The notes beneath the pieces are model-generated. The model was given only the letters and a program-made list of their open reading frames with translations. It was not told the origin of the DNA and did not search any database. The translations under genes and the position numbers were made by a program. DNA of 64,000 nucleotides from Candidatus Dojkabacteria bacterium (GTDB taxonomy: Bacteria > Patescibacteriota > Dojkabacteria > SC72): NCBI GenBank assembly GCA_034005145.1, contig JAVEVH010000001.1, positions 1,899 through 65,898 of the forward strand. The letters run 5' to 3'. Of the stretch, positions 31,748 through 40,370 are shown piece after piece (within the stretch, counting starts at the first letter, position 1; every line of letters begins with the position of its first letter).

Positions 31748-31770
31748 CCCATTTAAAATATTTAAATGGG
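31748..31770 (+). promoter_or_regulatory. Perfect 10-bp-arm palindrome (cccatttaaa-ata-tttaaatggg) spanning the comEA start codon
   Basis: Arms at 31748-31757 and 31761-31770. The ATG (31766) lies in the 3' arm. Candidate operator or translation-occluding hairpin. Confidence 0.35.
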
Positions 31771-32467
31771 AAGTAAGGTAAAAGTAAAAAATATTTCAAT
31801 CCTTTTCCTCTTTTTTTGTTTAGGATATATCTCTAATATCCTTGTACTTAATTGGGGTGAAATAGATATATATCAATATATATCTAAATTAAGAGAGGAG
31901 AGTGTAATAACTGAGATAGAGGAAAATATTGTTGTAGAGAAAGAAATATGTGAACCAGAGGTAGTAATCGAAGAGGAGATAGATACATGCCCAATACTAG
32001 TTGATATTAGTGGGGCTGTTAAAACTCCGGGTGTTTACTGTTTTGAGAAAGGATCTAGTGTTGTAGATGCTGTTAAAAAGGCAAAAGGTTTTACATTAGA
32101 TGCTGGTTTTAAATATATATCAATGAGAATTAATCTAGCTACAGTAATGATAGATAACTCGAAGATATATATACCCTTTGAAATAGATTACGATTGTAAA
32201 CTCTTAACATTTAATCTCCCTAAAGATGTAATTGATATTACAATACCTGATATTGAGGATGATGAGGAAGATACTCAGCAACCCTCTGAGTGTATTAGTA
32301 TTAATACTGCTACACAACAAGAGTTAGAAACTCTAAGTGGTGTAGGGCCCTCTACAGCATTAAAGATAGTGGGGGGTAGGCCATATACTGTTTTAGAGGA
32401 TTTGTTGAATGTAAGCGGTATAGGGGATGCTACATTCAATGCTTTTAAGGATAGTATATGTCTTTAA
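31766..32467 (+). CDS. comEA: Competence protein ComEA-like (TM anchor, SLBB domain, tandem HhH DNA-binding motif)
   Basis: C-terminal ISINTATQQELETLSGVGPSTALKIV...LLNVSGIGDATF (HhH x2). Central SLBB-like VDISGAVKTPGVY. Confidence 0.75.
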   Translation: MGSKVKVKNISILFLFFCLGYISNILVLNWGEIDIYQYISKLREESVITEIEENIVVEKEICEPEVVIEEEIDTCPILVDISGAVKTPGVYCFEKGSSVVDAVKKAKGFTLDAGFKYISMRINLATVMIDNSKIYIPFEIDYDCKLLTFNLPKDVIDITIPDIEDDEEDTQQPSECISINTATQQELETLSGVGPSTALKIVGGRPYTVLEDLLNVSGIGDATFNAFKDSICL

Positions 32468-33975
32468 AAACATTAAAGGAGAGATATAGGGGGATATTAC
32501 TGTTTTTCATTGATTACAAAGCATTACTTTACTGTTTTACAATTTTAAGCACACTAATCTCGGGTAGTAATATCCTAGAAAGGATCATCTTTGAGGGAGA
32601 GATTTTAAGTTTAGGATTACTTTTCGATTTTTTACTACCCTCCTTAATTCTTCTTTTCTTCTTCACTGTTTCATACAAGCATTTTTGTGATGTGTATCTT
32701 TTTGGTACATTGCTAAAAGTCTTTCTAATATCATATCTTTTAACACTACCGTTACTCTCCCTTAAATTTGAGAATATTACTTCCCAGCTACAAAATGTCC
32801 AAAGTTTCACTGGCAAAAATGTGTGGATATCTGGGGTAGTGACCTCCCAAGAGAAGGAGAACACATTCCTGTTTCACTCTGATAGGGGAGGGTTGGGTAA
32901 TTCTTTAATACGTTTTAAACAGTATCCTGTTTTACATACAGGTCAAAGGTGTAAATTAGGTGTAAAAGTAGTGGAACCTAAGAGTTTTGAAGAGTTTGAT
33001 TACAAAAGATATCTCTTTAGAAAAGGAATATATTCAATATTAGAGGTAAATGAATATGAATGTAGTAATGGAGGTAATATGTTTTTAGAAATGAGATATG
33101 TATTAGAGAGAGTAGTAGAAAAGTCTCTTTCAGAACCAGAGGCTTCTCTTTTGATAGGGATAATGTTTGGTAGTAAGAGAGTATTTAGATCTGATTTTAA
33201 TACTGCATTAAATAGCTCTGGTGTATCTCATGTCATCGCAGCATCAGGATATAACGTAGCATTGGTTGGAGAGGGGGTAGAGAAGCTAACAAAGGGTATT
33301 AGGGGTAAGGGTGTAGTACTTTTTAAAATACTTTGTATATGGGGGTTCTCAGTATTCTCAGGCCTATCATCATCCTTAGTAAGAGCATCTAGTATGAGTA
33401 CTCTTTCTCTCTTTGCTCTTTTACTTGGTAGAGAGAGTAACAAGGGTGCTACATTAATCCTTTGTGCTACTGTATTAATATCTCTTAACCCATTCTTAAT
33501 ACATGATTTAGGTTTTCTTTTCTCTTTTGCATCAGTAACTGGTTTAATATTTCTTCCTAAATGTTTTGAAAATATTAAATCTAAATTCCTAAAAGAGAGT
33601 GTATTAACAACATTAACATGTATACTATTCACACTCCCAATCTCTGTAATATTCTTTGGTAAGGTTTCGGTGATATCGTTGGTGAGCAATATAATAGTGG
33701 TCCCTATAATTAACAGTACGATATTTTGGGGATTAGGGGTTACATTGATAAATATGTTGGTATCAATACCCATATTGTATCTAATACCATATATACAATT
33801 AAAAATATTTAAATATTTTGTATCAATATCCTCTAATATACAAATGGTAGAGATAGGGGTGAATAAGTATGTATTTGGAGTAGGCATATATTTACTTCTT
33901 TTCCTTTTCTGTTTATACAAATATCCTGTATCATCTAAAAACCACTATTTAAAAATATCTAAAAGGTATGAGTAA
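32458..33975 (+). CDS. comEC: ComEC/Rec2 DNA-uptake channel, membrane (competence) domain only
   Basis: Polytopic membrane protein with a DUF4131-like N-terminus and the ComEC competence domain (LLIGIMFGSKR...GVSHVIAASGYNVALV). Lacks the MBL domain, which is encoded by the next ORF. Confidence 0.75.
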   Translation: MSLKTLKERYRGILLFFIDYKALLYCFTILSTLISGSNILERIIFEGEILSLGLLFDFLLPSLILLFFFTVSYKHFCDVYLFGTLLKVFLISYLLTLPLLSLKFENITSQLQNVQSFTGKNVWISGVVTSQEKENTFLFHSDRGGLGNSLIRFKQYPVLHTGQRCKLGVKVVEPKSFEEFDYKRYLFRKGIYSILEVNEYECSNGGNMFLEMRYVLERVVEKSLSEPEASLLIGIMFGSKRVFRSDFNTALNSSGVSHVIAASGYNVALVGEGVEKLTKGIRGKGVVLFKILCIWGFSVFSGLSSSLVRASSMSTLSLFALLLGRESNKGATLILCATVLISLNPFLIHDLGFLFSFASVTGLIFLPKCFENIKSKFLKESVLTTLTCILFTLPISVIFFGKVSVISLVSNIIVVPIINSTIFWGLGVTLINMLVSIPILYLIPYIQLKIFKYFVSISSNIQMVEIGVNKYVFGVGIYLLLFLFCLYKYPVSSKNHYLKISKRYE

Positions 33976-34777
33976 CAATATATTAGAGAATTTAATATGG
34001 TTAATATTTGGATTAATATATTTAATTACGGTTAAGTATGAAGATACCGTTGTGTTTTTAGATGTAGGGCAGGGTGATTCCATATTAATACAGGAGGGTA
34101 ATATTCAAGTTTTAGTTGATGGAGGGCCAGATTCTTCAGTCCTTTACGAATTACAGAAATATATCCCTATGTATGATAGAGAGATTGAGTATGTAGTGCT
34201 TACTCATCCTCATGATGATCATCTTGTGGGTCTTTTAAAAGTGCTTGAGAGGTATGAAGTAGGTGAGATATTGTACTACCCTGTATGCTACGAGAATGAA
34301 AACTATGAGTTGCTCCTACAGCAATATCCTAACGCAAAAAAGTTAGGTCAAGGTGACACTATTAGGCTAAAAAATATTGACATCGATATACTTTGGCCTG
34401 TACTTAATAGTGGGGCAGAAGGGTGTGTAGCTCAGTATAACTCGGATGTAAACAATGACTCCTTAGTTTTAAGTTTTGAATTTTTAAAGAAAAAATTTCT
34501 TCTAATGGGAGACATTGAAAGTGACGTGGAGGAGGTGATGGTTAGGGAGGGTATCATAGGTAGTGAGTACGATGTACTCAAGGCTGGTCATCACTGTTCT
34601 AACTCCTCTAGTAGTGAAATATTTTTAGAAATTGTAAAACCAGATATCGCTGTATGTAGTGTGGGAGAAAGGAATTCCTTTGGTCATCCAGGGAGTGAAA
34701 CATTACAATCTTTTTTAAATTACAATGTTCAATATTTAATCACCTATGAGGAGGGAAATATACAGATAAAGGAGTGA
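33968..34777 (+). CDS. Metallo-beta-lactamase-fold protein = detached ComEC C-terminal nuclease-like domain
   Basis: HxHxDH motif LTHPHDDHLVGL and downstream His/Asp ligands. Start overlaps the comEC stop (ATGAGTAA). Ends with TGA, the only TGA stop noticed in the window. Confidence 0.7.
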   Translation: MSNNILENLIWLIFGLIYLITVKYEDTVVFLDVGQGDSILIQEGNIQVLVDGGPDSSVLYELQKYIPMYDREIEYVVLTHPHDDHLVGLLKVLERYEVGEILYYPVCYENENYELLLQQYPNAKKLGQGDTIRLKNIDIDILWPVLNSGAEGCVAQYNSDVNNDSLVLSFEFLKKKFLLMGDIESDVEEVMVREGIIGSEYDVLKAGHHCSNSSSSEIFLEIVKPDIAVCSVGERNSFGHPGSETLQSFLNYNVQYLITYEEGNIQIKE

Positions 34778-34802
34778 AATTGTGATAAAATCGATATATA
34801 AT

Positions 34803-34876
34803 GTACTTGTAGCTCAATTGGATAGAGCATTGGTTTGCGGAACCAAAGGTTGACAGTTCGATTCTGTCCAAGTACA
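34803..34876 (+). tRNA. tRNA-Arg (anticodon GCG)
   Basis: Acceptor GUACUUG/CAAGUAC, D-arm GCTCAATTGGATAGAGC, anticodon stem TTGGT/ACCAA with loop UUGCGGA (U33, G37), T-arm GACAGTTCGATTCTGTC. 74 nt. Confidence 0.7.
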
Positions 34877-34879
34877 TAC

Positions 34880-34953
<74 letters not shown>

Positions 34954-34977
34954 AATTTAATATATACTTAAATATAT

Positions 34978-36765
34978 ATGATAGAGGTTAAGGAAAAGAT
35001 TGCTGAGAATTTACATTCAATTGTTAAAGAAATGGGTGTAGATATACAGGATATTGTTGTTCAAGAACCTACAGATATTGCTCATGGGGACTTAACATCT
35101 AATATCGCTATGCAGCTTTCAAAAGCTCTTAAATCTAACCCTATGGATATTGCAAGTAAGATTGTAGAAGCTTTTCCTAAAGATGAGGATATTGAGAGAG
35201 TGGAGGTTGTTAAACCTGGCTTTATCAATTTCTTCCTTTCAAATGGATATCTTTTAAATATGCTTAAGAGTATTAATACTCAAAAAGAGCAATATTTTGA
35301 ATTAGATATTAAAAAGGGTAAGAGGTATGTAATAGAGTATACAGATCCAAACCCTTTTAAAACACTTCATATTGGTCATCTATATACCAACATAGTAGGT
35401 GAATCATTCGCACGTCTTGTAGAGGCTCTAGGAGCTTGCGTCACTAGAGCAAACTATCAAGGAGACGTTGGCTTACATGTTGCTAAAACTATGTGGGGAT
35501 TACTTAAGATGTTTGAAGATGAGGGTATTACTTTTGAAGATTTAAAGAGTAAAACCTTAGTAGAAAGGGTAAGATACCTAGGTGATGCATATATGTTAGG
35601 TTTTAAAATGTATGATGATCAAAAGGATGAGAGCGTAATTAAGGATGTAAAAGATATTAACTACTACATATTTTCATTGTATATACCCTCTTTAGAAAAG
35701 AAAGAATATTTTAAGGATTTAGAGAGTAAAAAGCTTAAAGATATATATTTTGAGGGTAGGGATTGGTGTTTAGAGTATTTTGAAAGGATATATGAAAGAA
35801 CAGATACTAAGTTTGATAAATACTATCTAGAGAGTGAGATGGGTGAGAAGGGAATGGAGATTGTAGATGGGAATATGAATGGAAAAGGAAAGAATATTTT
35901 TAAGGCAAGTGATGGAGCAGTAATATATGAGGGTGATGAGAGTAAGGGACTCCATACTCGTGTCTTTATTAACAGTGAGGGTCTTCCTACATATGAGGCA
36001 AAGGAGTTGGCATTGGCTTTTAAGAAATTTGAACAGCTCTCATTTGATGAGTCAGTAGTAATTACGGCAGACGAGCAAAGCTCCTACTTCAAGGTCGTTT
36101 TAGATGCTCTTTCGCACTTAAGGCCAGAGGTTGCCAGTATATACAAACACTTCTCTCATGGCTTAGTTAGACTCCCAGGTGCAGAAAAAATGTCTAGTAG
36201 GAAGGGAAAGATATTGGAGGGAGAGTGGTTACTAGATGAAACTAAAAAAAGAGTTGAGGAGATGATGAGATCTAATCAGAAGTGGAGTGAGGAACAAATT
36301 TTAGAAGTAAGTGATTTAATAGCGGTTGCATCTATTAAGTACTCTTTCTTAAAAGTAACAGTTGGTAAGGATGTAATCTTTGATTTTGATAAAGCTACAA
36401 GCTTTGATGGAGACACAGGACCATATCTTTTATATGTTTATGCTCGATGTAACTCCATATTAGAGAGTGGTAAGGATAAAATATCACCGGAGAGCAGTGC
36501 CGAGTTAAATGCTTATACTAAAGAACTTCTTAGGGCAATTAGCAGGTACGATACCATACTGCTATCATCTGCTCTAACATATTCACCTAGCACACTTTGT
36601 TCATATCTCTTTGATTTAGGTCAAACATTTAATACCTTCTATACCAATGTAAGAGTTTTGGATTCAGAGAACAAAGAGTTCCTCTTAGGAGTAGTAGATG
36701 CTACTGCACAAACAATGAAACATGGTTTAGATGTATTGGGTATTAAGGTAGTAGAGAGAATGTAA
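34978..36765 (+). CDS. argS: Arginyl-tRNA synthetase
   Basis: Class I HIGH motif (KTLHIGHLYTNIVGE), Arg_tRNA_synt_N-like N-terminus, DALR anticodon-binding C-terminus. 595 aa. Confidence 0.9.
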   Translation: MIEVKEKIAENLHSIVKEMGVDIQDIVVQEPTDIAHGDLTSNIAMQLSKALKSNPMDIASKIVEAFPKDEDIERVEVVKPGFINFFLSNGYLLNMLKSINTQKEQYFELDIKKGKRYVIEYTDPNPFKTLHIGHLYTNIVGESFARLVEALGACVTRANYQGDVGLHVAKTMWGLLKMFEDEGITFEDLKSKTLVERVRYLGDAYMLGFKMYDDQKDESVIKDVKDINYYIFSLYIPSLEKKEYFKDLESKKLKDIYFEGRDWCLEYFERIYERTDTKFDKYYLESEMGEKGMEIVDGNMNGKGKNIFKASDGAVIYEGDESKGLHTRVFINSEGLPTYEAKELALAFKKFEQLSFDESVVITADEQSSYFKVVLDALSHLRPEVASIYKHFSHGLVRLPGAEKMSSRKGKILEGEWLLDETKKRVEEMMRSNQKWSEEQILEVSDLIAVASIKYSFLKVTVGKDVIFDFDKATSFDGDTGPYLLYVYARCNSILESGKDKISPESSAELNAYTKELLRAISRYDTILLSSALTYSPSTLCSYLFDLGQTFNTFYTNVRVLDSENKEFLLGVVDATAQTMKHGLDVLGIKVVERM

Positions 36766-36788
36766 TTAATTTCTCAATATATTTATAT

Positions 36789-36968
36789 ATGTTTTTTAAA
36801 AAATATTGGATATTCTTTGTAGCCATTGTATATATTCTTCTTCCAACAGATCTAATACCAGATGTAATTCCTCTTTTTGGAGGAGTAGATGATTCCTTAC
36901 TCTTAGTATTAGGATTAATTAAGAGATATATTGATTACAAAAAAGAGAGAAAGAGTAACGGGGTGTAG
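36789..36968 (+). CDS. Small (59 aa) DUF1232/YkvA-like membrane protein (below ORF-track cutoff)
   Basis: ATG at 36789 to TAG at 36966-68. Translation MFFKKYWIFFVAIVYILLPTDLIPDVIPLFGGVDDSLLLVLGLIKRYIDYKKERKSNGV contains the DUF1232 signature DLIPD.IP..G..DD. The 3' 10 nt overlap tRNA-Pro. Confidence 0.45.
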   Translation: MFFKKYWIFFVAIVYILLPTDLIPDVIPLFGGVDDSLLLVLGLIKRYIDYKKERKSNGV

Positions 36969-37032
36969 TTCAGATGGCTAGAACGCTACGTTCGGGACGT
37001 AGAGGTCGTCCGTTCAAGTCGGATCACCCCGA
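36959..37032 (+). tRNA. tRNA-Pro (anticodon CGG)
   Basis: C1:G72 pair (CGGGGUG/CACCCCG) and A73 typical of bacterial tRNA-Pro. Anticodon loop UUCGGGA, T-arm GTCCGTTCAAGTCGGAT. 74 nt. Confidence 0.75.
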
Positions 37033-37091
37033 TATTGGACTGTAGGCCTTTTTAAATTAAGTAAGCAGACTTTAAATTAGGTTGCTAATAT

Positions 37092-37691
37092 ATGAACGAG
37101 ATGGTTAATCAGAAAGAAAAAACAACCAAAGAAGAAAAAGAGCTTTCTGATTTAGAGATTGTAGAAAGGGTAAGGGAAGATCTAAATGCGTATAGATATA
37201 TAATAGAGAGGTATGAATCTAAACTCCTTAGATATATTCAAAGGATACTATATATCTCTACAGAGGATGCAGAAGATATATTACAAGAGGTATTTTTAAA
37301 AGCATATAGGAATATTAATAGCTTTAATAGTAAATACTCATTCTCAAACTGGATATACAGGATAGCTCATAATGAGGCTATTTCTTTTCTAAGAAAGAAA
37401 AAGATTAGTATATCTAATACAGAAGATGAGGATATATTTGATAGAATACCATCAGAAGAAGATATAGAGGATGATTTTTTGGAGAGTATAAAAAGTAGTG
37501 AAGTAAGAGATATACTTTCTAAATTAGATAGGAAGTATAGGGAGGTGCTTGTACTAAGGTTTTTTGAAGAGAAAGAGTATAATGAGATAGCAGAGATATT
37601 ACATATATCTAGTGGAACAGTAGCTTCATTAATAAGTAGAGGTAAAGAAAAGTTTAAAATATTAATACAAAGATATGGGAAAAATATCTAA
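37092..37691 (+). CDS. ECF-family RNA polymerase sigma factor (sigma-70 regions 2 and 4)
   Basis: Region 2 (DILQEVFLKAYRNINSF...FSNWIYRIAHNEAISFLRKKK) and region 4 HTH (EKEYNEIAEILHISSGTVASLISRGKEKF). Confidence 0.8.
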   Translation: MNEMVNQKEKTTKEEKELSDLEIVERVREDLNAYRYIIERYESKLLRYIQRILYISTEDAEDILQEVFLKAYRNINSFNSKYSFSNWIYRIAHNEAISFLRKKKISISNTEDEDIFDRIPSEEDIEDDFLESIKSSEVRDILSKLDRKYREVLVLRFFEEKEYNEIAEILHISSGTVASLISRGKEKFKILIQRYGKNI

Positions 37692-38394
37692 AAAGGTATT
37701 AGAAAAGATAGAGAAAGAGAATATTAAACCAATAGGGAGATGGTCTTTTGTATTAAAGAACTCCGTTTTGTGGTCTCTTTTTGGATTAAATATACTGTTT
37801 GGATCAGTAGGTTTTGCAATATCAATATATCTTTTTGAATCAACAGATGTATTTGATTTAATACTTTCTGTAAATGACCTATTAGAAGCAGCTATCCTCG
37901 CTATACCAACCATTTGGATACTACTTACAATACTTTTTCTCTTAGTAGCATATCTTAACTTTAGATATACAGATAGAGGATATATACTCTCTTTTAGAAA
38001 GATATTTGTAATAAATACATTAGCAATATTAATACTTGGTGGTATATTACATCTCTCAGGAGTATCAGAGAGGCTTAATAGGGTGTTTTCTGAAAGCTTT
38101 TCTACATATGATATAACGCTAGATCCGAGATATAGGATATGGAGTAGTCCAGAGACAGGATATCTAGCAGGTACAATACTTTTGGTAAATAAGGAGAGTA
38201 TTGAGATAGAGGATTTAGATGGTGATATATGGAGTATAGACATCTTTGATGCTAAGGTAAGGAGAGCTGTAGGGTTGCTTAAAGGAGAGAAGGTAAAGAT
38301 AGTGGGGAATGTAGTAGATGAGAGTACATTTCAAGCCTTGGAGATACTTCCTTGGGAGGGTAGAGGAAGAAATATGCAAGAAAAACATTTCTAA
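37675..38394 (+). CDS. Putative anti-sigma factor / membrane protein (overlaps sigma gene 3' end)
   Basis: 17-nt overlap with the ECF sigma gene and three predicted TM helices. Position-based call only. Confidence 0.4.
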   Translation: MGKISKKVLEKIEKENIKPIGRWSFVLKNSVLWSLFGLNILFGSVGFAISIYLFESTDVFDLILSVNDLLEAAILAIPTIWILLTILFLLVAYLNFRYTDRGYILSFRKIFVINTLAILILGGILHLSGVSERLNRVFSESFSTYDITLDPRYRIWSSPETGYLAGTILLVNKESIEIEDLDGDIWSIDIFDAKVRRAVGLLKGEKVKIVGNVVDESTFQALEILPWEGRGRNMQEKHF

Positions 38395-38499
38395 TTTCGT
38401 AATACTTAGTAGAGAGGTAATTTATTCTCTTTGTAGATATATTTGTAGAGATATATATCTACTGTTCTCTACATATTTAACTTGTTAAATACTAGACAT

Positions 38500-38889
38500 A
38501 TGAAAAACACAGTATTAGCAATAGGGGTATTAGCAGTAGCACTTTTAGGAGTAATTGCTTTTACAACTAACGATGCAGATGCATACCAAGGAGAGTATAC
38601 TCAAGTAGGTCCAAATCATACAGCAGAAAGAGAAGCTGAGATGGAGCAAATCTTTGAATCAAAAGATTACGAAGCTTGGGTAGAGATAATGACTCAGGAT
38701 GGTAGAAAACCTGGTGTATTAAACAAAATAGATACACAAGCAGAGTTTGAACTATTCGTAGAGGCAAGAGAATTAGCACTAGAGGGTGATACCGATGGAG
38801 CTAATAAAATTAGAGCAGAATTAGGTCTTGGTCAAGGAAGTAGAAATGGAAATGGCCAAGGTAGAGGAATGGGTAATTGTAATAGATAA
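38500..38889 (+). CDS. Small secreted protein with Gly/Asn/Arg-rich C-terminal tail
   Basis: ATG at 38500 is preferred over the upstream TTG. Signal peptide MKNTVLAIGVLAVALLGVIAFTTNDADA. Tail GQGSRNGNGQGRGMGNCNR. Confidence 0.5.
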   Translation: MKNTVLAIGVLAVALLGVIAFTTNDADAYQGEYTQVGPNHTAEREAEMEQIFESKDYEAWVEIMTQDGRKPGVLNKIDTQAEFELFVEARELALEGDTDGANKIRAELGLGQGSRNGNGQGRGMGNCNR

Positions 38890-38912
38890 TTAGATTACAA
38901 TTTACTAAGTTA

Positions 38913-38940
38913 AACCCCCATATGGGGGTTTTTCTTTTTT
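38913..38940 (+). terminator. Rho-independent terminator (aaccccc-atat-gggggtt + T9)
   Basis: Perfect 7-bp GC-rich stem followed by tttttcttttttt. Confidence 0.7.
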
Positions 38941-38955
38941 AATGTATAATTAGGT

Positions 38956-39690
38956 ATGAGATATAACAGAGATTTTTTCAAATTGATATATAAATATTCC
39001 TTAAGGTACTCTAAGATTACAGGGGAGGGTATAGAGGATGTTTTACTTACTCAGACACCATTTTATTACGCTATTGGCAATCATACATGGGAGAGTGATA
39101 AGAAATCAAAACTGTGGTTACAGTACATAGATGGTATTAAGGGAGGTCAATCTCCAGATGACTTAGCATATGAGATGTATATTAAGCATTTAGAAAAAAC
39201 TAAACTAAAATGGTTTGGATGTTTTAGGTATAAAAATACTGTAGATAAAGAAGGAATACCCATTATTAAAATACATTTTGAAAACTATGATACCTCTCCA
39301 TACGGTCCTCTCTCTAAAGAAAGAAAAGAGGTAAGAGTAAAGGAATTAAAAGAGATGTTTACTGAGATAAAGAGTTTGTATCCTGATGTTAAGTTCGTAC
39401 AGGGAGGTAGTTGGCTTTATAACTACGAATCATATAGGCGTCTATTTCCCGAGTCATATACAAAAGATATGCAATCACAACCAGTTAAAGATACTCGTAT
39501 GTTTGTACCATGGGGTCCATTTGTAAGTAGTGAGGGAGGATTAAAAGAAGATTTAGTAGAAGAATTTTTAAAAAAGATTGAAGTAGCTAAAACAGTAGAT
39601 CAATTAAAAGAATCTTTTCCATTAAAAGGATATTTCCCTAGGGGTAGAATAGAGGAATTCTATGAATTTTATGATATTTCTAAGCTGTAA
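38956..39690 (+). CDS. Hypothetical protein (244 aa)
   Basis: Long ORF with local codon usage. TGTATAAT extended -10 ends 5 nt before the ATG (leaderless candidate). No recognised motif. Confidence 0.5.
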   Translation: MRYNRDFFKLIYKYSLRYSKITGEGIEDVLLTQTPFYYAIGNHTWESDKKSKLWLQYIDGIKGGQSPDDLAYEMYIKHLEKTKLKWFGCFRYKNTVDKEGIPIIKIHFENYDTSPYGPLSKERKEVRVKELKEMFTEIKSLYPDVKFVQGGSWLYNYESYRRLFPESYTKDMQSQPVKDTRMFVPWGPFVSSEGGLKEDLVEEFLKKIEVAKTVDQLKESFPLKGYFPRGRIEEFYEFYDISKL

Positions 39691-39740
39691 AGATACTTGA
39701 ATTCAAGATTATTTAATAATAGGTATGTACAATAGTATAT

Positions 39741-40280
39741 ATGCCTATTAGTAATAAAAACTTAAAGGATGTTGTTTACGCTTTCTTGGATAGTCAGAAT
39801 CTTAATCTTGGTACATTGAAGAATTTATATAAGGGAAGAAAGTTAATCTATAAAGGTTGGAAGCTAGATTTTAGGAAGTTTCGAATATATTTAAAAGAGA
39901 AATTGGGTGTAGATAGGGCGTTTTTATTTATTGGTTTCATTGAAGAGAATAAGTCTCTTTATAACAGATTAAGAGGATATGGATATGAGCTTGTTTTTAA
40001 AAAGATCATTAAAGGGGAGAAAGGGGAATTAAAAGGTAATATTGATGCAGATTTAGTCCTAAAGGTGCTACTTGAGATTGATAATTATGATAAAGCAATT
40101 ATTGTTTCGGGTGATGGAGACTTCTATAGCCTTTACAAATATTTGATTGAGGAGAACAAACTTAAGGGTATTGTTATTCCAAATAATAAATCAGAATCAT
40201 CACTACTTAAAGATTTTCAAAAATATAAGATATATTTGTGGAGGCATAGGGAGAGATTAGAAAAAAAATGGAGGGCGTAG
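39741..40280 (+). CDS. NYN-domain (LabA/PIN-like) putative ribonuclease
   Basis: NYN core: VVYAFLDSQNL..., DADLVLKVLLEIDNYDKAIIVSGDGDF. Confidence 0.65.
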   Translation: MPISNKNLKDVVYAFLDSQNLNLGTLKNLYKGRKLIYKGWKLDFRKFRIYLKEKLGVDRAFLFIGFIEENKSLYNRLRGYGYELVFKKIIKGEKGELKGNIDADLVLKVLLEIDNYDKAIIVSGDGDFYSLYKYLIEENKLKGIVIPNNKSESSLLKDFQKYKIYLWRHRERLEKKWRA

Positions 40281-40370
40281 CTCAGTACCACTAGGGTAAA
40301 GGGTCGTATTCCTCCTCATGATTAACCAAATTATATATCTTCCCAGCTACCAATGTAAAGAAGAAAAATA

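Noticed and set aside
33228-33920. 230-aa minus-strand ORF antisense to comEC
   Set aside because: Low-complexity antisense ORF. The + strand product has the conserved ComEC competence-domain motifs.
37662-38243. 193-aa minus-strand ORF overlapping the anti-sigma candidate
   Set aside because: Antisense. The + strand frame continues the sigma-factor operon with overlapping stop/start.
40274-40325. tRNA-like string ggagggcgtagctcagtacc... at the end of the NYN gene
   Set aside because: Contains a GCGTAGCTCAG D-arm-like motif, but no anticodon arm, T-arm (GTTCRANYC) or complementary acceptor end can be formed. Most of it is the last codons of the NYN ORF.
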